Positions 21,706 through 43,633 of a stretch of 52,309 bases of DNA are shown here, in pieces (position 1 is the stretch's first letter; each line of letters starts with the position of its first letter). Under the pieces are notes generated by a model. That model worked only from the letters and a program-made list of their open reading frames with translations. It had not been told where the DNA came from and did not search any database. This DNA is from Hydrurus foetidus (lineage: Eukaryota). The stretch spans positions 1 through 52,309 of the forward strand of contig UYFQ01000678.1 of assembly GCA_900617105.1 (NCBI GenBank). The letters are read 5' to 3'. The position numbers were made by a program, and so were the translations under genes.

Positions 21706-24700
21706 TTAATGTGACGAGGTAGGGTTGTGAGAGGTTAGTGGAGTGTTGAGGAGTTTGCTTCGGAACCAGAGGAACTTGGAGGGTGTGAGACTTTTGGTGA
21801 GACCGTCAGCAATCATGTCATGAGTACCTATGTGCTGAGGGACGATCTCTTTGGCTTTGTAAAGCCAGCGTATGTAATGGGATTTAAGAGCGATGTGGCG
21901 TGACTTGCGGGTGATCTGGTTGGCGGTGGTGAGATTGATAGCTGGTTGGTTATCTTCGAGGATGATCGTTGGGGATGTTTGAGGAAAACCTAGGTCGGTT
22001 GCAAACTGGCGGAAGAATGTGACTTCTTTAGCGCATCGTCCGAGGGCGAGGTATTCAGCTTCGCAGGGACTGAGGGCTACGCCGGATGTTTCAGCGGAAG
22101 AGTGGACGGCGAAGGGGGCGTTGGTGGTGCCGATCTGGATAGTGTACGCGGAATGTGAGTGCCCATCTGGATGGCATGCGTGGGATGAGTCAGCGGCGGC
22201 GGTGATAGTGACTCCGGATGGGAAAGAAGATGGACTGGCAGAGAAAGTAGGACCGAGGTGAGGGCAACCTTTGAGGTATCGGAGTAGGTGTATTTGCTTT
22301 GAGAGGTCGGATTGGGTAGGGGAGGAGTTTCGGGTGCATAGATGGACAACTTCTTTTCTGATATCGTGACGGATGGAGAGGAGGAAGATGAGAGTGCCGT
22401 TGATGCGTAGGAATCGAGTGCGGTCTACAGGTGTGAGGTCGGATGGGGGATCGAAGAAGTTGGCGGTGGATGGTGTGAGTGCAGGAGGGACGAGGTCCAT
22501 GCCAGATTGATGTAGGAATTTAATGATGTGGGCGCCTTGGTCGAGGGTACATGAGTGGTCAGCATTACGTGTAAGGCGGACTCCGCAGACTCCTGTGGAG
22601 GCATCGTTGAAGGCTATGGGCCCGTAGCGTCTTGTGAGGATGGATTTGAGTTCATCTCGCAGCGTAAGGGAGCAGGTGACGTACCATCCATCGTCAACAT
22701 GCATGTTGAGAGTTAGCGAGTTAGCAGGGTTGTCGGGGCATCGCTTATGAAAGCTGTGGTGGTCGGAGGGTGTAGGGTGAAAGCCGGCTGATGTGAGTAG
22801 GTTGATGAGATCTTTGTCGTACTCGTGGTTAGCTTGCTTGATACCGTAGCAACAGCCAGTGATTTCTGCAAGTTTGTTGGCAAGTGGACTGGGGAGATCG
22901 GCCGGGAGGATAGCGATCAGTTGGTGGCCGTTGGTCATTTCTCGTGTCAGCTTATTGTGGAGGAAGGCACCAGGGAAATCGAAGTCGCCAAGGAGGAGTT
23001 GGTCGAGGCAGTTACGGTGCGAGGCATCGGCGAGGTAGGCGCTGAGGATGAAGGCACGGTTGGTTGTGTCGGAGGTTCCTGCGTAGGTGTCATTGTAGGA
23101 TTCACGAGGTTGGCGGCTGCCATCGATGGCAAGGCGGGCAGTGACGATGCCGTTGGATTTCTTCTTGATGAGCATTTGGCTACGTAGGAATATGGCTTTG
23201 GGTTCGACACTGGAACGAGGGATTAGTTGGAGGGACTGGTAGGTGTCGAAGTGCTTCCCCAATTCCTTTGCTATCCCAGCTGCAATATCGGAGGGAGGTA
23301 GGAGCTGCGAGGCTTTACGGATGGACATCTCTGCACGTTGTGTAGGGAGCGGTTGCGGTTCAAGGGAGGTGTGTCGATTGTTAAGGGGAAGTGTAGGAGG
23401 ATTGTCGAGACGGTGCTGGCGATTGCGGGCTGCGGCAAGGCGGGCATTGTCGAGTTTCCGTTGGGCGGCATTGATGAACGCTGAAGGGGGCGATAGAGGG
23501 TATGGTGTTGAAGTTGTGGGAAGGGAGTAACAGCCATGCCAGAACTTGGTGGGGAGTCTGGCACGGGATGAGCGGCGTGGTGGGGTCGTGATAGATGCCG
23601 TGGGAATCGAAGGTGTTGGAGCGGGACTGTGGTTGGTTGGGGGTCGAGAGCTGCGGGGACAACAAGGGCGGCGGGGACAGGATTGGGGATCTGTGGTAAG
23701 GGGGAGGGCGCGGGTGGAGGGATGGGGGAGGGGGAAGGCTGGATCTGGAGGGAGCGAGTGATGGGTAAAGGGTGGTTGGGGGACGGAGAGTACGGGACTG
23801 CGGCTGGCTGGTGGTTGGGGAGGGTGAGAGGTAGATTGAGGAGGAAAGGAGGTCGACGGGGAGGGGCGAAGGTATATGGCCTGTCACCGTAGCGATGGCT
23901 TCAGAGTGTGGAGTGTCAGGGAGTTGGACTACGACGTTTGGTGATGATGGTGCAGGGGTCTGTGCGTTAGGAAGTGAGGGGGGAAGGTGGACGTTGGGGA
24001 CGAAGGATTTTGGACTCCAGTCGAATGGGACAAAGTGGCGGGGGAATGGAGCAGTGGGGCGACGGGGCACAATGGCTCCGTTGGCGAGAAGGAAGAGGGT
24101 GCGGCCGGTGAGGAGATCAGGGCCCATGCATACTCCGAGTTCAGCTTTGGGTTCGGCGTTTGCAGCGGTATGGTTGGCGCGGGCCATGGCGTGGCGCTTA
24201 TCTGCGTGTTGGGTTACCATGCAGCAGGAGCCGAAGGGGAAGGGGTGGCGGGTAGGTTTGTGGCCGTGGAGAAGTTCGTTAGGGGTGGAGGGAGAGCTAC
24301 GTGTGTTGATGAGGGTATTGCGCGTAGCAGCGATAGCCTTGTGTAGGTAGAGGGTATACTTTAGTGGGAGGTGGTAGGGGAGGCCGGAGAGGGTGGCGGT
24401 GGTAAGCTGCCGGAGGGTGAGGATGGAGCGTTCGACGCGGGCGGCGTGTTCTCCGGGTGGGGATGTCTGGAGGGAGATGCCGAGGGATCCGAGGGGTGCG
24501 GCGAGTGAAGTGTTGATTTTCTCACAGTCACCGTGAAGGGTGTGGACGCGGTGGTGGTGTGCGTTGTACGTGGTTGCGATAATGTGTTGGAGGGCTTTAA
24601 AGACGGCAGGGGTGGACTTGGATGTAGCACCGACGATGGACAGGTGGCCGGTGAACTCATCAACTATGATAATTTCGTGGGTGTGGAGGCCGGGGGAGGG

Positions 24701-25541
24701 CTCTGGGAGGAGCTGGGGGTCGAAACTGAGGACAGCTCCAATTGAAGTGGCTGGGGCGCTGGTGGAGGGTGGGTGGGGGGGCTGCGGTGTTTGCCAGCGG
24801 TGCAGTGGGGGCAGGGACCGCGGAGTTGGCGGTTGAGGGTGACATCAGGAGGTGAGGGTGCTGAAGGGTAGCTTGCCAGTGGAGAGGTTGATACAGAGGC
24901 TGCGATCTGAGGGATGGCAAAGTTCAATGTGGAGGTCTTCAGCTGCATCAGCGCGGGAGCGCTGCTCAGAGTTGATGTGGGGTACAGCATGCGTTGGGAG
25001 TATAGGGGTAGGGTGGTCTATGGTAACGTGGGGTTCAGTAGGGTGCGCGGTCATTGCAAGGGGCTGATGGTATGCGAGGGGTGATTGTCGAGGCGCGGTG
25101 AAGGGCGGCGAAGTCAACAGGGAGGAGGTTGTGTGTAGATAGGGCGGCGTGGGCCAAGAGGGGACCGGAGAGGGAGGAGCGGATGGTGACGTGGCTGAGG
25201 GGGCGAAGGGGGTCACCATAAGTAGCGCCGCAGCGTTGCATTTGGCCAAGGCTGAAGAGGCTAACTGGTAGTGTTGGAGAGAAGTAGGCGGAGTTCATAG
25301 CGTTGGTGGTGGGTAGGCAGAGAAGGCGGCCGCGATGGGTGACCTCACAGGAACCGCCGACACCTCCGATGGAGAAGGTGCGGGGTAGTGGGGAGAGATA
25401 GAGAAGGGTTGCGTCATTGACAGTGTGGAAGGAGCAGGCGTTGTCCCAGTAGGACAGTTGGTGGTTGAGTGAGGGTGGCGTGGAGGTTGCGAGGGCGAGT
25501 GGGCGAGAGAAGAGTGCAAGGCAGTTAGTGGAAGCCGGTAG
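21706..25541 (-). CDS. Copia-2 pol (protease, integrase, RT, RNase H) with several frameshifts
   Basis: YWDNACSFH protease; LHIELCHP...CPHC HHCC; IVDEFTG/HGDCE/RVER integrase. ORF 21706-23328 has ARLAIDG, CYGIKQA, MHVDDG, ADSSHA, EAEY and LEDNQ. Confidence 0.9.
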
Positions 25542-26780
25542 TCAGGCGGTATCTGGGTAGTCAGAGGCTTCGATGGCGGCCTCTGCAATCAGGAGCATGG
25601 CGGCGTTGGAGGCGTCGGGAGTGTCGGCGTGGTCAAGTTGGCTTAGGAGTGCACGAAGGCGTTGGGAAGTGTTGGACGGGATGGAGGGAGCAGATGGTGG
25701 TGGCGGGGGATTGGGAAGGCGGTTGGGGTTCTTGGAGCAGTAAGCGGACAAGTGGCCGAAACGTTGGACTTTATCGGCAGACAGACACCAAGTGCAGGGG
25801 GTAGGGTGAAGGTGGGGTTTAGAGGTAGGGTCTTTCTTACCGGCTGCAAGACGTGGGCGGGGGGCTGGCGTCCCGGCTTTGGAGGCGATGAGTGCGGAGC
25901 CTTGGGTAGAGGCGTCATCACGGGCGAAAGAAAGGGAGTTAGCGATTTTCCAGCTCTGTAGTTGAGACATGAGGGCTGTGGGATCCGGGAACCGTCCGGT
26001 CGGGTGGTTGTGGAGAAGCTCATCGAGAGCACGGCGGAACTCGGTGCGGTTAAGGCCTGCGAGGTAAAGGAAGCTAGTTAATTCAGGAATGGATACAAAG
26101 CCCGGGTGTACCGCGGACTCGAAGTCGAGCTTGAATGTGTCGGTCATAGAGGTGACTAGGTCAATGTATGATTCATGTGTTAAGTCGGATTGTGAAATAT
26201 TAACATAGAGGCGAGTTCGATGGAGTTTGGTGGCGGCGTTTCCGATGGAGTGGATGTCGCGGACCATGACATAGAAGGAGTAGCTCCGAGAGCCGATAGG
26301 TTGCAGTTGGTATGTTGGATAGTTGAGGTGGGTTTTGATCGATGTGTGGGAGGCCAAGGTAACGTGTCGGTAGAGATGGTCGAGGCAGTCTGTGTCTTCG
26401 TCGGAAAACCGACGCTTTGCTGCCGAGAAGATCTTTTTGTCATCTCGAAAGTTGGCATTGCCAAGGGTACTGAGGGGCAGGTTTGCAGGGTCGAAGTTGG
26501 GTAGGGCTGCCTCGGCGTCAGTGGCTGGGCGGCGTTGGTAGGTGAAGAGGCCTGGCGTTGGGGCTCCATTGAGGTCAGCTTCGAGGTCAGCCTTAGTTGG
26601 CTCGATGGAAAATGGCTGGAGAGGTATCGTGGTGTCGGAGAGGATTTGCTGCCCTGCAACGCCAAATTTGGTGAAGCCGAGTAGCTTGAGGGCTTGATGC
26701 CACTGGGACCAGTTGTCGGAATGGAGGTCGAGCATTGGATGCTGTGAGGTTACGGTGGCAGCGGCGGGTGTGGAGAGCAT
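25542..26780 (-). CDS. Copia-2 Gag
   Basis: 412-aa ORF starting 14 nt after the 5' LTR, with a CTWC...GHLSAYC knuckle; ends in TGA in frame with pol. Confidence 0.9.
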   Translation of the reverse strand: MLSTPAAATVTSQHPMLDLHSDNWSQWHQALKLLGFTKFGVAGQQILSDTTIPLQPFSIEPTKADLEADLNGAPTPGLFTYQRRPATDAEAALPNFDPANLPLSTLGNANFRDDKKIFSAAKRRFSDEDTDCLDHLYRHVTLASHTSIKTHLNYPTYQLQPIGSRSYSFYVMVRDIHSIGNAATKLHRTRLYVNISQSDLTHESYIDLVTSMTDTFKLDFESAVHPGFVSIPELTSFLYLAGLNRTEFRRALDELLHNHPTGRFPDPTALMSQLQSWKIANSLSFARDDASTQGSALIASKAGTPAPRPRLAAGKKDPTSKPHLHPTPCTWCLSADKVQRFGHLSAYCSKNPNRLPNPPPPPSAPSIPSNTSQRLRALLSQLDHADTPDASNAAMLLIAEAAIEASDYPDTA

Positions 26781-26794
26781 TGCTTAAAACCAAT

Positions 26795-27074
26795 TGTCGG
26801 GATTCGGCGGTAATCCGGAAAAGGAAAACGGTAGAAAACAGAATTGGTTTTAAGTTTACCGAGTGAAAGATTGTGATTGTGGAATGTGAATGATGAAGTG
26901 AATTCGAGTGGAATGGATACAATTGAAATGAACAATGTGTTGCAGCGTTGAAGTAGTTGTGAACAGCTTCTGAACTGCTTCAACGTGGAAAGATCGGATC
27001 GTCATCGTGACGTGGGACCTCTCGGTCGTTCGGTGAGCATTGTATTGTGTGTTTGCAACGACTTTACAATGACA
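26795..27074 (-). repeat. Copia-2 5' LTR
   Basis: Direct repeat of 21342-21621. Confidence 0.95.
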
Positions 27075-27433
27075 GCGGGGGTTGGATGCGCTGACCGTGC
27101 AAAGGGTCCCCGTTACAAATTCCGCCGTCATTCGTCATTCTGTATACCTCACGCCTCACGCCTTATACCACTTTGGTCACTCTTTGTGGTTGTTCCACAG
27201 CTCTAACGGCGATAGAGATAGAAGCCAGAGAGAGTTTTAGTAGCCAGTCGCCTATTCCACGAATACGGCAGGAGAAATGTTATGGTGGATAATTACAAAT
27301 CTTGATGGAGTTTCAGATGTAGGGGTGGCAGAGGCATCCCAAATCATCCGTTAATCAGGATAATGTGAGCTTCATGATGAGAAAAGAAAGGGACTAACTC
27401 CGAGACGGCTGACTTACTGGAAAAAAAATTACA

Positions 27434-30400
27434 ATGTATTCTATTGGCATGTGGGATACCGTTAAAGTCGTCGGCAAGGGAGGAAGCAGCACAGTATTCA
27501 AGGCCGCTTTGAAGTCCGATCCGAAAAAGTTCATCGCAGTGAAGCAGATCGAAACTGATGGTTTCTTTGCAGAACAGATATCCAACATCAAACTAGAAAT
27601 TGCGACGATAAGGGATTTAAATCACCCGAACATCATTTCTTATCTGGGGACTGAACAATTGGAAAACAAAATTTATATACTCTTGGAATACGCTGATCGT
27701 GGAAGTTTAAGGCAGTATTACCAGAGAAATGGCGCTCTCCGGGAATCTCAGGCCGCGAGTTGCATTGGACAGATTCTGGCAGGCTTGGAGTATCTACACA
27801 ACAAAGGCATCGCTCATAGAGACATCAAGTGCGCGAATTGCTTATTGACAGCATCTCGTGAGTGTAAACTGGCCGACTTTGGAGCTTCGAAGAATTTTTT
27901 ACATGACTCAGTTATAAGTGGATTGAAAGGTGATATCTAAGACTTTATCGATAAGATGAGCACGCGTTCAATGCTGTTACTACGCTTCCTCTCTAATGTG
28001 TTCTAATGTAGCGAATGTTACTTTTCTTTTTAAAGGGACACCGAATTGGATGTCACCTGAGGTAAGTTCCATTCGGAGTTTTTACCTCTTTTTCCAGTCT
28101 GCGCAGTAGATAAACGTTAATGCACTCTACGCGGAATATCTTCTTCACATGCAGGTAATAAAAGGGACGCAGATGACTACAGGATGGCTGAAAGCAGATG
28201 TGTGGAGTCTGGGATGCACCGTAGTCGAAATGGTCACCGGCAATCTCCCCTACTCTTACTACGACAATCCAATGACGGCCATGTATCATATAGCTAATGG
28301 GGACATGCCTTCATTCAGAGATCTTTCTGTATCGGACGAATTGAAGGCCCTTGTGGTTGCGTGCTGCTCTGCCGACCCCACAACCCGCCCTACCGTTGTT
28401 GAGCTTCGCAGTCTGGATTTCGTGTCTCAACTAAAGAGGAAGTATTTAAAAGTCGTGAAAGGTGAGCTAGTTGTTGAACAACTCGCTGAGGCGCAGACAT
28501 CGGGAGAGTTTCAAATGATCTCTCAGAAGCTGTCACCCACTGTTAGGGAGGGACTAGAGTTGAGCGTAGATATGTTCACTTCACTAGACGAGTCCACTGA
28601 CTCCCACATCCGTGAGGGTGCCGCTGACAGCGCGAAGCAGATTTCTCTGAACAACACCAGATGTGGCGAAGACCCCCCACTAGCCAGCACTGCAAGCAGC
28701 AGCAGTGTGAGTCCTGTGAGGAGACGAATATCCATCACAGAGAGCTCAATGGACACGGATGCTGCGACAGTCATCCACCACCAACTCTATCCTACGCAGA
28801 GGCCACGTGATATTTCACCGCCACATTCAAATGCCAAGAGCGGAGCGATCAATATTGATCACACAGGAAGTTCTACTCGAGTGAAAGGCATCGTCGCCAA
28901 TGCAGTCACAGCCAGCAGTACAACTGTTAATAGTGACGCACCCCCCACTGTAACAAACAGAATGACTTCAACTAGCAGCCATCACAATACGAAAGAAGTG
29001 ACTCTAGCGCGCAAAGACAAAGACGAACCGAGCAGAAGCAAAGACAAATCTTCTCAGCCAAGCGTTATTTCCCCTACGAGTGCAAAACACCTTCCCCGCA
29101 CTTTCTCAGAAGTGTTCAATAGAGGAACATTCACCATAGCAACAACACCAAGCAACTCTGTGAGAAGAGAACAAAATCATAACGGTCCACTAGTGGTCAA
29201 AAACCCTCCCTCGCAAGATACAAAAGAAATTCAGGAAGAAAAAGAGAACTGTCATAAAAACGTGAAGAATTCATTCGTAACTCCTTCTCATAGTTGCACG
29301 AATTTGCATGAGTCTATATCGACCTTTCGCTCCGTGGATACGGATAACTCTAACGACGCGAACTTCTCACTGAAGTCGATGGATGAGACCGAGAACTTAG
29401 ATTCCAGTTATCAAGACACGATTTTTAATGAGAGTGATGTGCTGCGAAATGTAGACACCATGATCAGAAGAGGAAGTTACAGCAGCGATGCAGAGGACCA
29501 TACCAGTGCGTACGACAATGTAGTAGCGGACGGCATACGGTTTCTATCGAGGAGTAGCAGCAGATGCACACTAGTAGCCGTCGCTGGCCGGCCCCCTCCG
29601 GCACAGTCCCCTTGCTCCCCATCAGTGCGCTCCCTGTCACCGCACACCATAGATAGGAATGGTCTGGACTCCAAGGCTGAGAGAGGGTTGAGGCGCATAA
29701 AATCCATGTCACAAGAGGACCTCAAATCTGCGGAGAACAACAAAACAGGAGCGAAGTTATGTCCATTGGATATCCAGGGGCAGGACGGATCAGTAGATGT
29801 TTGTCGGAGAGAGAGAAGTTACAGCGATTTAACGCTGCCTTTCGATGTATCTTATACTCGTGGCAATGATTTGATTTGTAAGAACGAAGCATTTATTGCG
29901 GGTGGATGTGGACGTGGAAGTAGAGTGAAATCCATCCCCCGCCCAACTGCCCCGCTATCAGGGGAGCTTAGAAGAATAGGGGAACCATGTAATCCGAGTT
30001 CAAGTTCCCTCGACAGACTGGGACCTTTAGGACTGTTCGACAGTGCCACGGCTACTGATAAAATATTGGGCAGTATGGAAATTAAATATTCAGGCGGATC
30101 ATCCAATGATAGCTACAGCAGCAGTGGTCAAAGCACAGGACATAGTAGTGGTATACGGTCAGAAAGCGGGTCTGAAAAGTTAGAAAGGATAGCACACTCA
30201 GGCGCTGCATCAATCAGAGCAAGTGCATTGAGGGAATCGGAAATATTAGCAAATCAGCATATAGGGCCAGTGATATCCTCACAAGCGCGATTCAAGAAAA
30301 ATAGAAAAATATCGAATAAAATTTGTAGTTCAAATTTTCATGGTGTCAATGACGCCTTCAGATCATTTAGTGGCAATGATGTAGACGCGTGCGGCAGCAG

Positions 30401-30983
30401 CAGCAATAGCAGCAGCAACAGTAGTAGTGCGCATCACTGCTTCCGATCTCAAAGTGCCGGAGTGCTCAGCACCGCGCACAGTCTAGGCATCGATGTATTA
30501 GCATATAAAGGATCAGGTGCAGAGTCCAAGCAACATAGTCATAGTGTTAGCAATCAGCTGAAGCCTCTTGGGGTGTTAGGGGGTCCGGGGTCCGGACCAG
30601 GACCAGGCGCTAGTGCAGTGCACGACTCCAACATCACCCCACACAATGCGGGCATGCATCCCAGAACCCTGGGGGCCAATCTGTCCCACCATTTATTGCC
30701 AGCGATGAACTTGATGCTGCCGTTGCAAAGGAGAATAATTCAATCTGCTCCATCCCTCTCGAGATCATCAGGGTCAGGGGTACATGCGGCAGGTAGCCTT
30801 CCTCCTATTCTTAGTCAAAGCGATCTCACTGCGACCACCACACGGTGTGAAGTTGAGATTGTTACAAGAGATATAGAGCACTCGAAGAAGAATATTACGC
30901 GCAGTCACGATGCACGAGGTATGGGTAGCGACTCAGAAGACAACAGCGTTCGAGGAAAGGCAGGAACTTTCGCTGATAGATGA
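27434..30983 (+). CDS. STE11/MAPKKK-like Ser/Thr kinase with long S-rich disordered tail (~1116 aa; exons 27434-27929, 28036-28061, 28155-30983)
   Basis: GKGGSSTV, IAVK, HRDIKCANCL, DFGAS, KGTPNWMSPE and ADVWSLGCTVVEM; GT-AG introns keep the frame. The start codon is uncertain. Confidence 0.9.
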
Positions 30984-32283
30984 TGGTCATACTTTTTTCA
31001 CTTAAATCGTATTTTCCCAACGTACTGTGGTTAGTGTTTCTCCGACCTTCCGCTCTTGGTTTCTTCGCAAATTAAATTACTGACTCCCCACTTCAGATCG
31101 CCATTGTGTTGCTTACTTATCTGTATGTTCCCATAGATTTTTCACTTTTTCGTCGCATTTTTTCAAGAATGATACGTTATAAAGTTGGTGCGAAGTATCA
31201 TTATTATCAGTATTACATATTACCGTTTCTAGATGTTTTATTTACCAGGCGTGACGCCACCATCCGCAGTAGCGATGATTCCATCAAACATCAATTATTA
31301 AAAATTGTGGCGTAAGCAACGTTTCCTAACTTTTTGTTGAATTTTCTTTCAGCCCTGTTTTTCTTTCATATCGTGAAAATGGATATGATGCGCAGTTACT
31401 TTTGAAAACCAACTGCCAGCATTATGATGTTGATCGAACTTCTGGATAGTGAGAAATCGTAACGGCTACTTCAGTCATCTGCTCCCGAAAAATCGAGAAA
31501 TAGTACCGCTGACCTCTTCCTTTTTGCGGCTTACTTAGGACATAAGCCTTTCGATTGTCCGGTAACTAGCATTTACTTCTTTACAACCCAATAACATCCA
31601 ACGCACAGCATCCATGGAAATTCTGACTAAAAGAGAGTACCTACTTGACTCCTGAGTTCCAGCAGTGGACGCATCGTTGACAACGTTGGTCCTATATTCA
31701 TCATACTACTGATGCTTAAGACACGGATATCACATTAACCATGACCTGACTATCTAACGAAAAATCTTGACCTAACTCTTTATCCTTCCATACTAAAAAA
31801 TAAAAATATTATATTCAGTACGTACAGACTACATAACTAAATCCCACGACAATTCAAAATATCCGTGGAAACGCAAGATTAGGCGACATTCTCTTGCCTT
31901 AGTTATTACTTCTTTTTTTTATTTATCATAAACATTGATGTTTTGCTTTTTACGCTAATTTTGATATTTCAACCACTGCAGAACAAATACCAATCAAAAT
32001 TTACTCTAGAATGCAAAGCAGCAGGAGAGGTGGAGGATTGAGCCGGTATGCTTTCAATGTAAATAATTGAGGTGCAAATAATTCGCCAGGCACAGCGGAG
32101 CAGAGAATCTGCCATATTAAAGCTATTCGTCATATCACCTACGGCCTACGGCACATACAAAACGTACGAGCTATTCGTACGTACGTGCTTTTGATTTTCG
32201 GTTATAGATGGATCACTTCATGATACTGAAACATCACTTGAGGCACCTCCACTACTAAGAACAGTCGCGAGGAGAGATTTGAA

Positions 32284-42528
<10,245 letters not shown>

Positions 42529-43633
42529 TTCTGTCCATACTGAGGTATGCAACATCACGGATGCAAATGCGGACCAGACCGACTTCAAGGTCAAACAAAT
42601 TCAAGGCATTCCATTCTTTCTTACACTACATAAAATGTACGCTGCATCATACTAGTCATTATTGTCGAGACGATATCATGTGGTATGCTCCAGCATCTCC
42701 CGTTGGAACATTGTACGAAAACATATCAGCTGTCCCAAGTCACAGAAATGACTGCTGCATTGATTCGGAAGATGAACTCCACACAGATGAGATAATGATT
42801 TGGAATCTCTGGTCTGCTGGGCTTTCAATCGGTCGCACAAGAGTTGCCATTACATACAGTGTGAATCTGAATAGTAGCAGTTAGTATTCTTTCCTGCAAA
42901 CCCACATCAAGGGGCCCGCCCTGCCCACATCGTACGCTAGAACGTCTGATCCTGGACCATTTTCCCAGACAATTCGAATTCTTCTACCGTCTCCGCCTAT
43001 ATCCGAAACACTTTTTTTTTGGAAATCCAAAACACTTTCCCCTGCGAAAATCACGGATATACTAGATGAAAAAGTTTCCGGATTCTCATCAATCTCCATC
43101 AATATTGTGATTCAAAACTGCAAAGTATGATATCCGGATTCAGCATGATTTTTTAGGAATGTCCAATATTTTCCTTTATTTTTCGTAGCTAATTCCGACG
43201 ACTTATAGCTCTCCGAAGTGGCGAAGTTTGGATTTTCAGCCGCTTATAACTTTTTTTCCAGAAAACAATATCGATATCGGAATCTAAATTGAGCAAAATA
43301 TGTGAATTAATAATCGCAATCGATACTGTAGAGAAGAACTGCGATGGGTTCGAAAAATTATTCTGTCTGTTATCGCCGATTGACACCAAAAAAAGAAAAA
43401 GTGCTAAAAATCGGTATTTCCCGAACACGGAAAAAAAACATATGGGCGGAGATGGCAAAAGGGTTGGGAGACGAAATCAAATTTTCAGAGAAAAATTCCG
43501 ACACCCTCACTTGAAGGTGTAAAAAGAATGAAAGTTCGTAGGTGTATAAAGGTACAGTACAAGCAAAAGACTTCATCTCTCGTATCTCATTCCGCTAGAT
43601 ATTCGACACATCTAGAAAACCAACGACATTCCA

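Larger units (their letters stand above)
21342..27074 (-). mobile_element. Full-length Ty1/Copia retrotransposon (Copia-2)
   Basis: 280-bp LTRs that look identical, TSD GCGGG (21337-21341 and 27075-27079), and gag-PR-IN-RT-RH domain order. Confidence 0.97.
21086..27108. mobile_element. MITE (~285 bp net) hosting Copia-2
   Basis: 26-bp TIR GACCCTTTGCACGGTCAGCRCATCCA, flanked by CCCG on both sides. Confidence 0.8.

Noticed and set aside
42901..43520. Possible old TIR element upstream of the GT92-like gene
   Set aside because: Only a ~16-bp imperfect internal inverted match and weak termini; no clear TSD.
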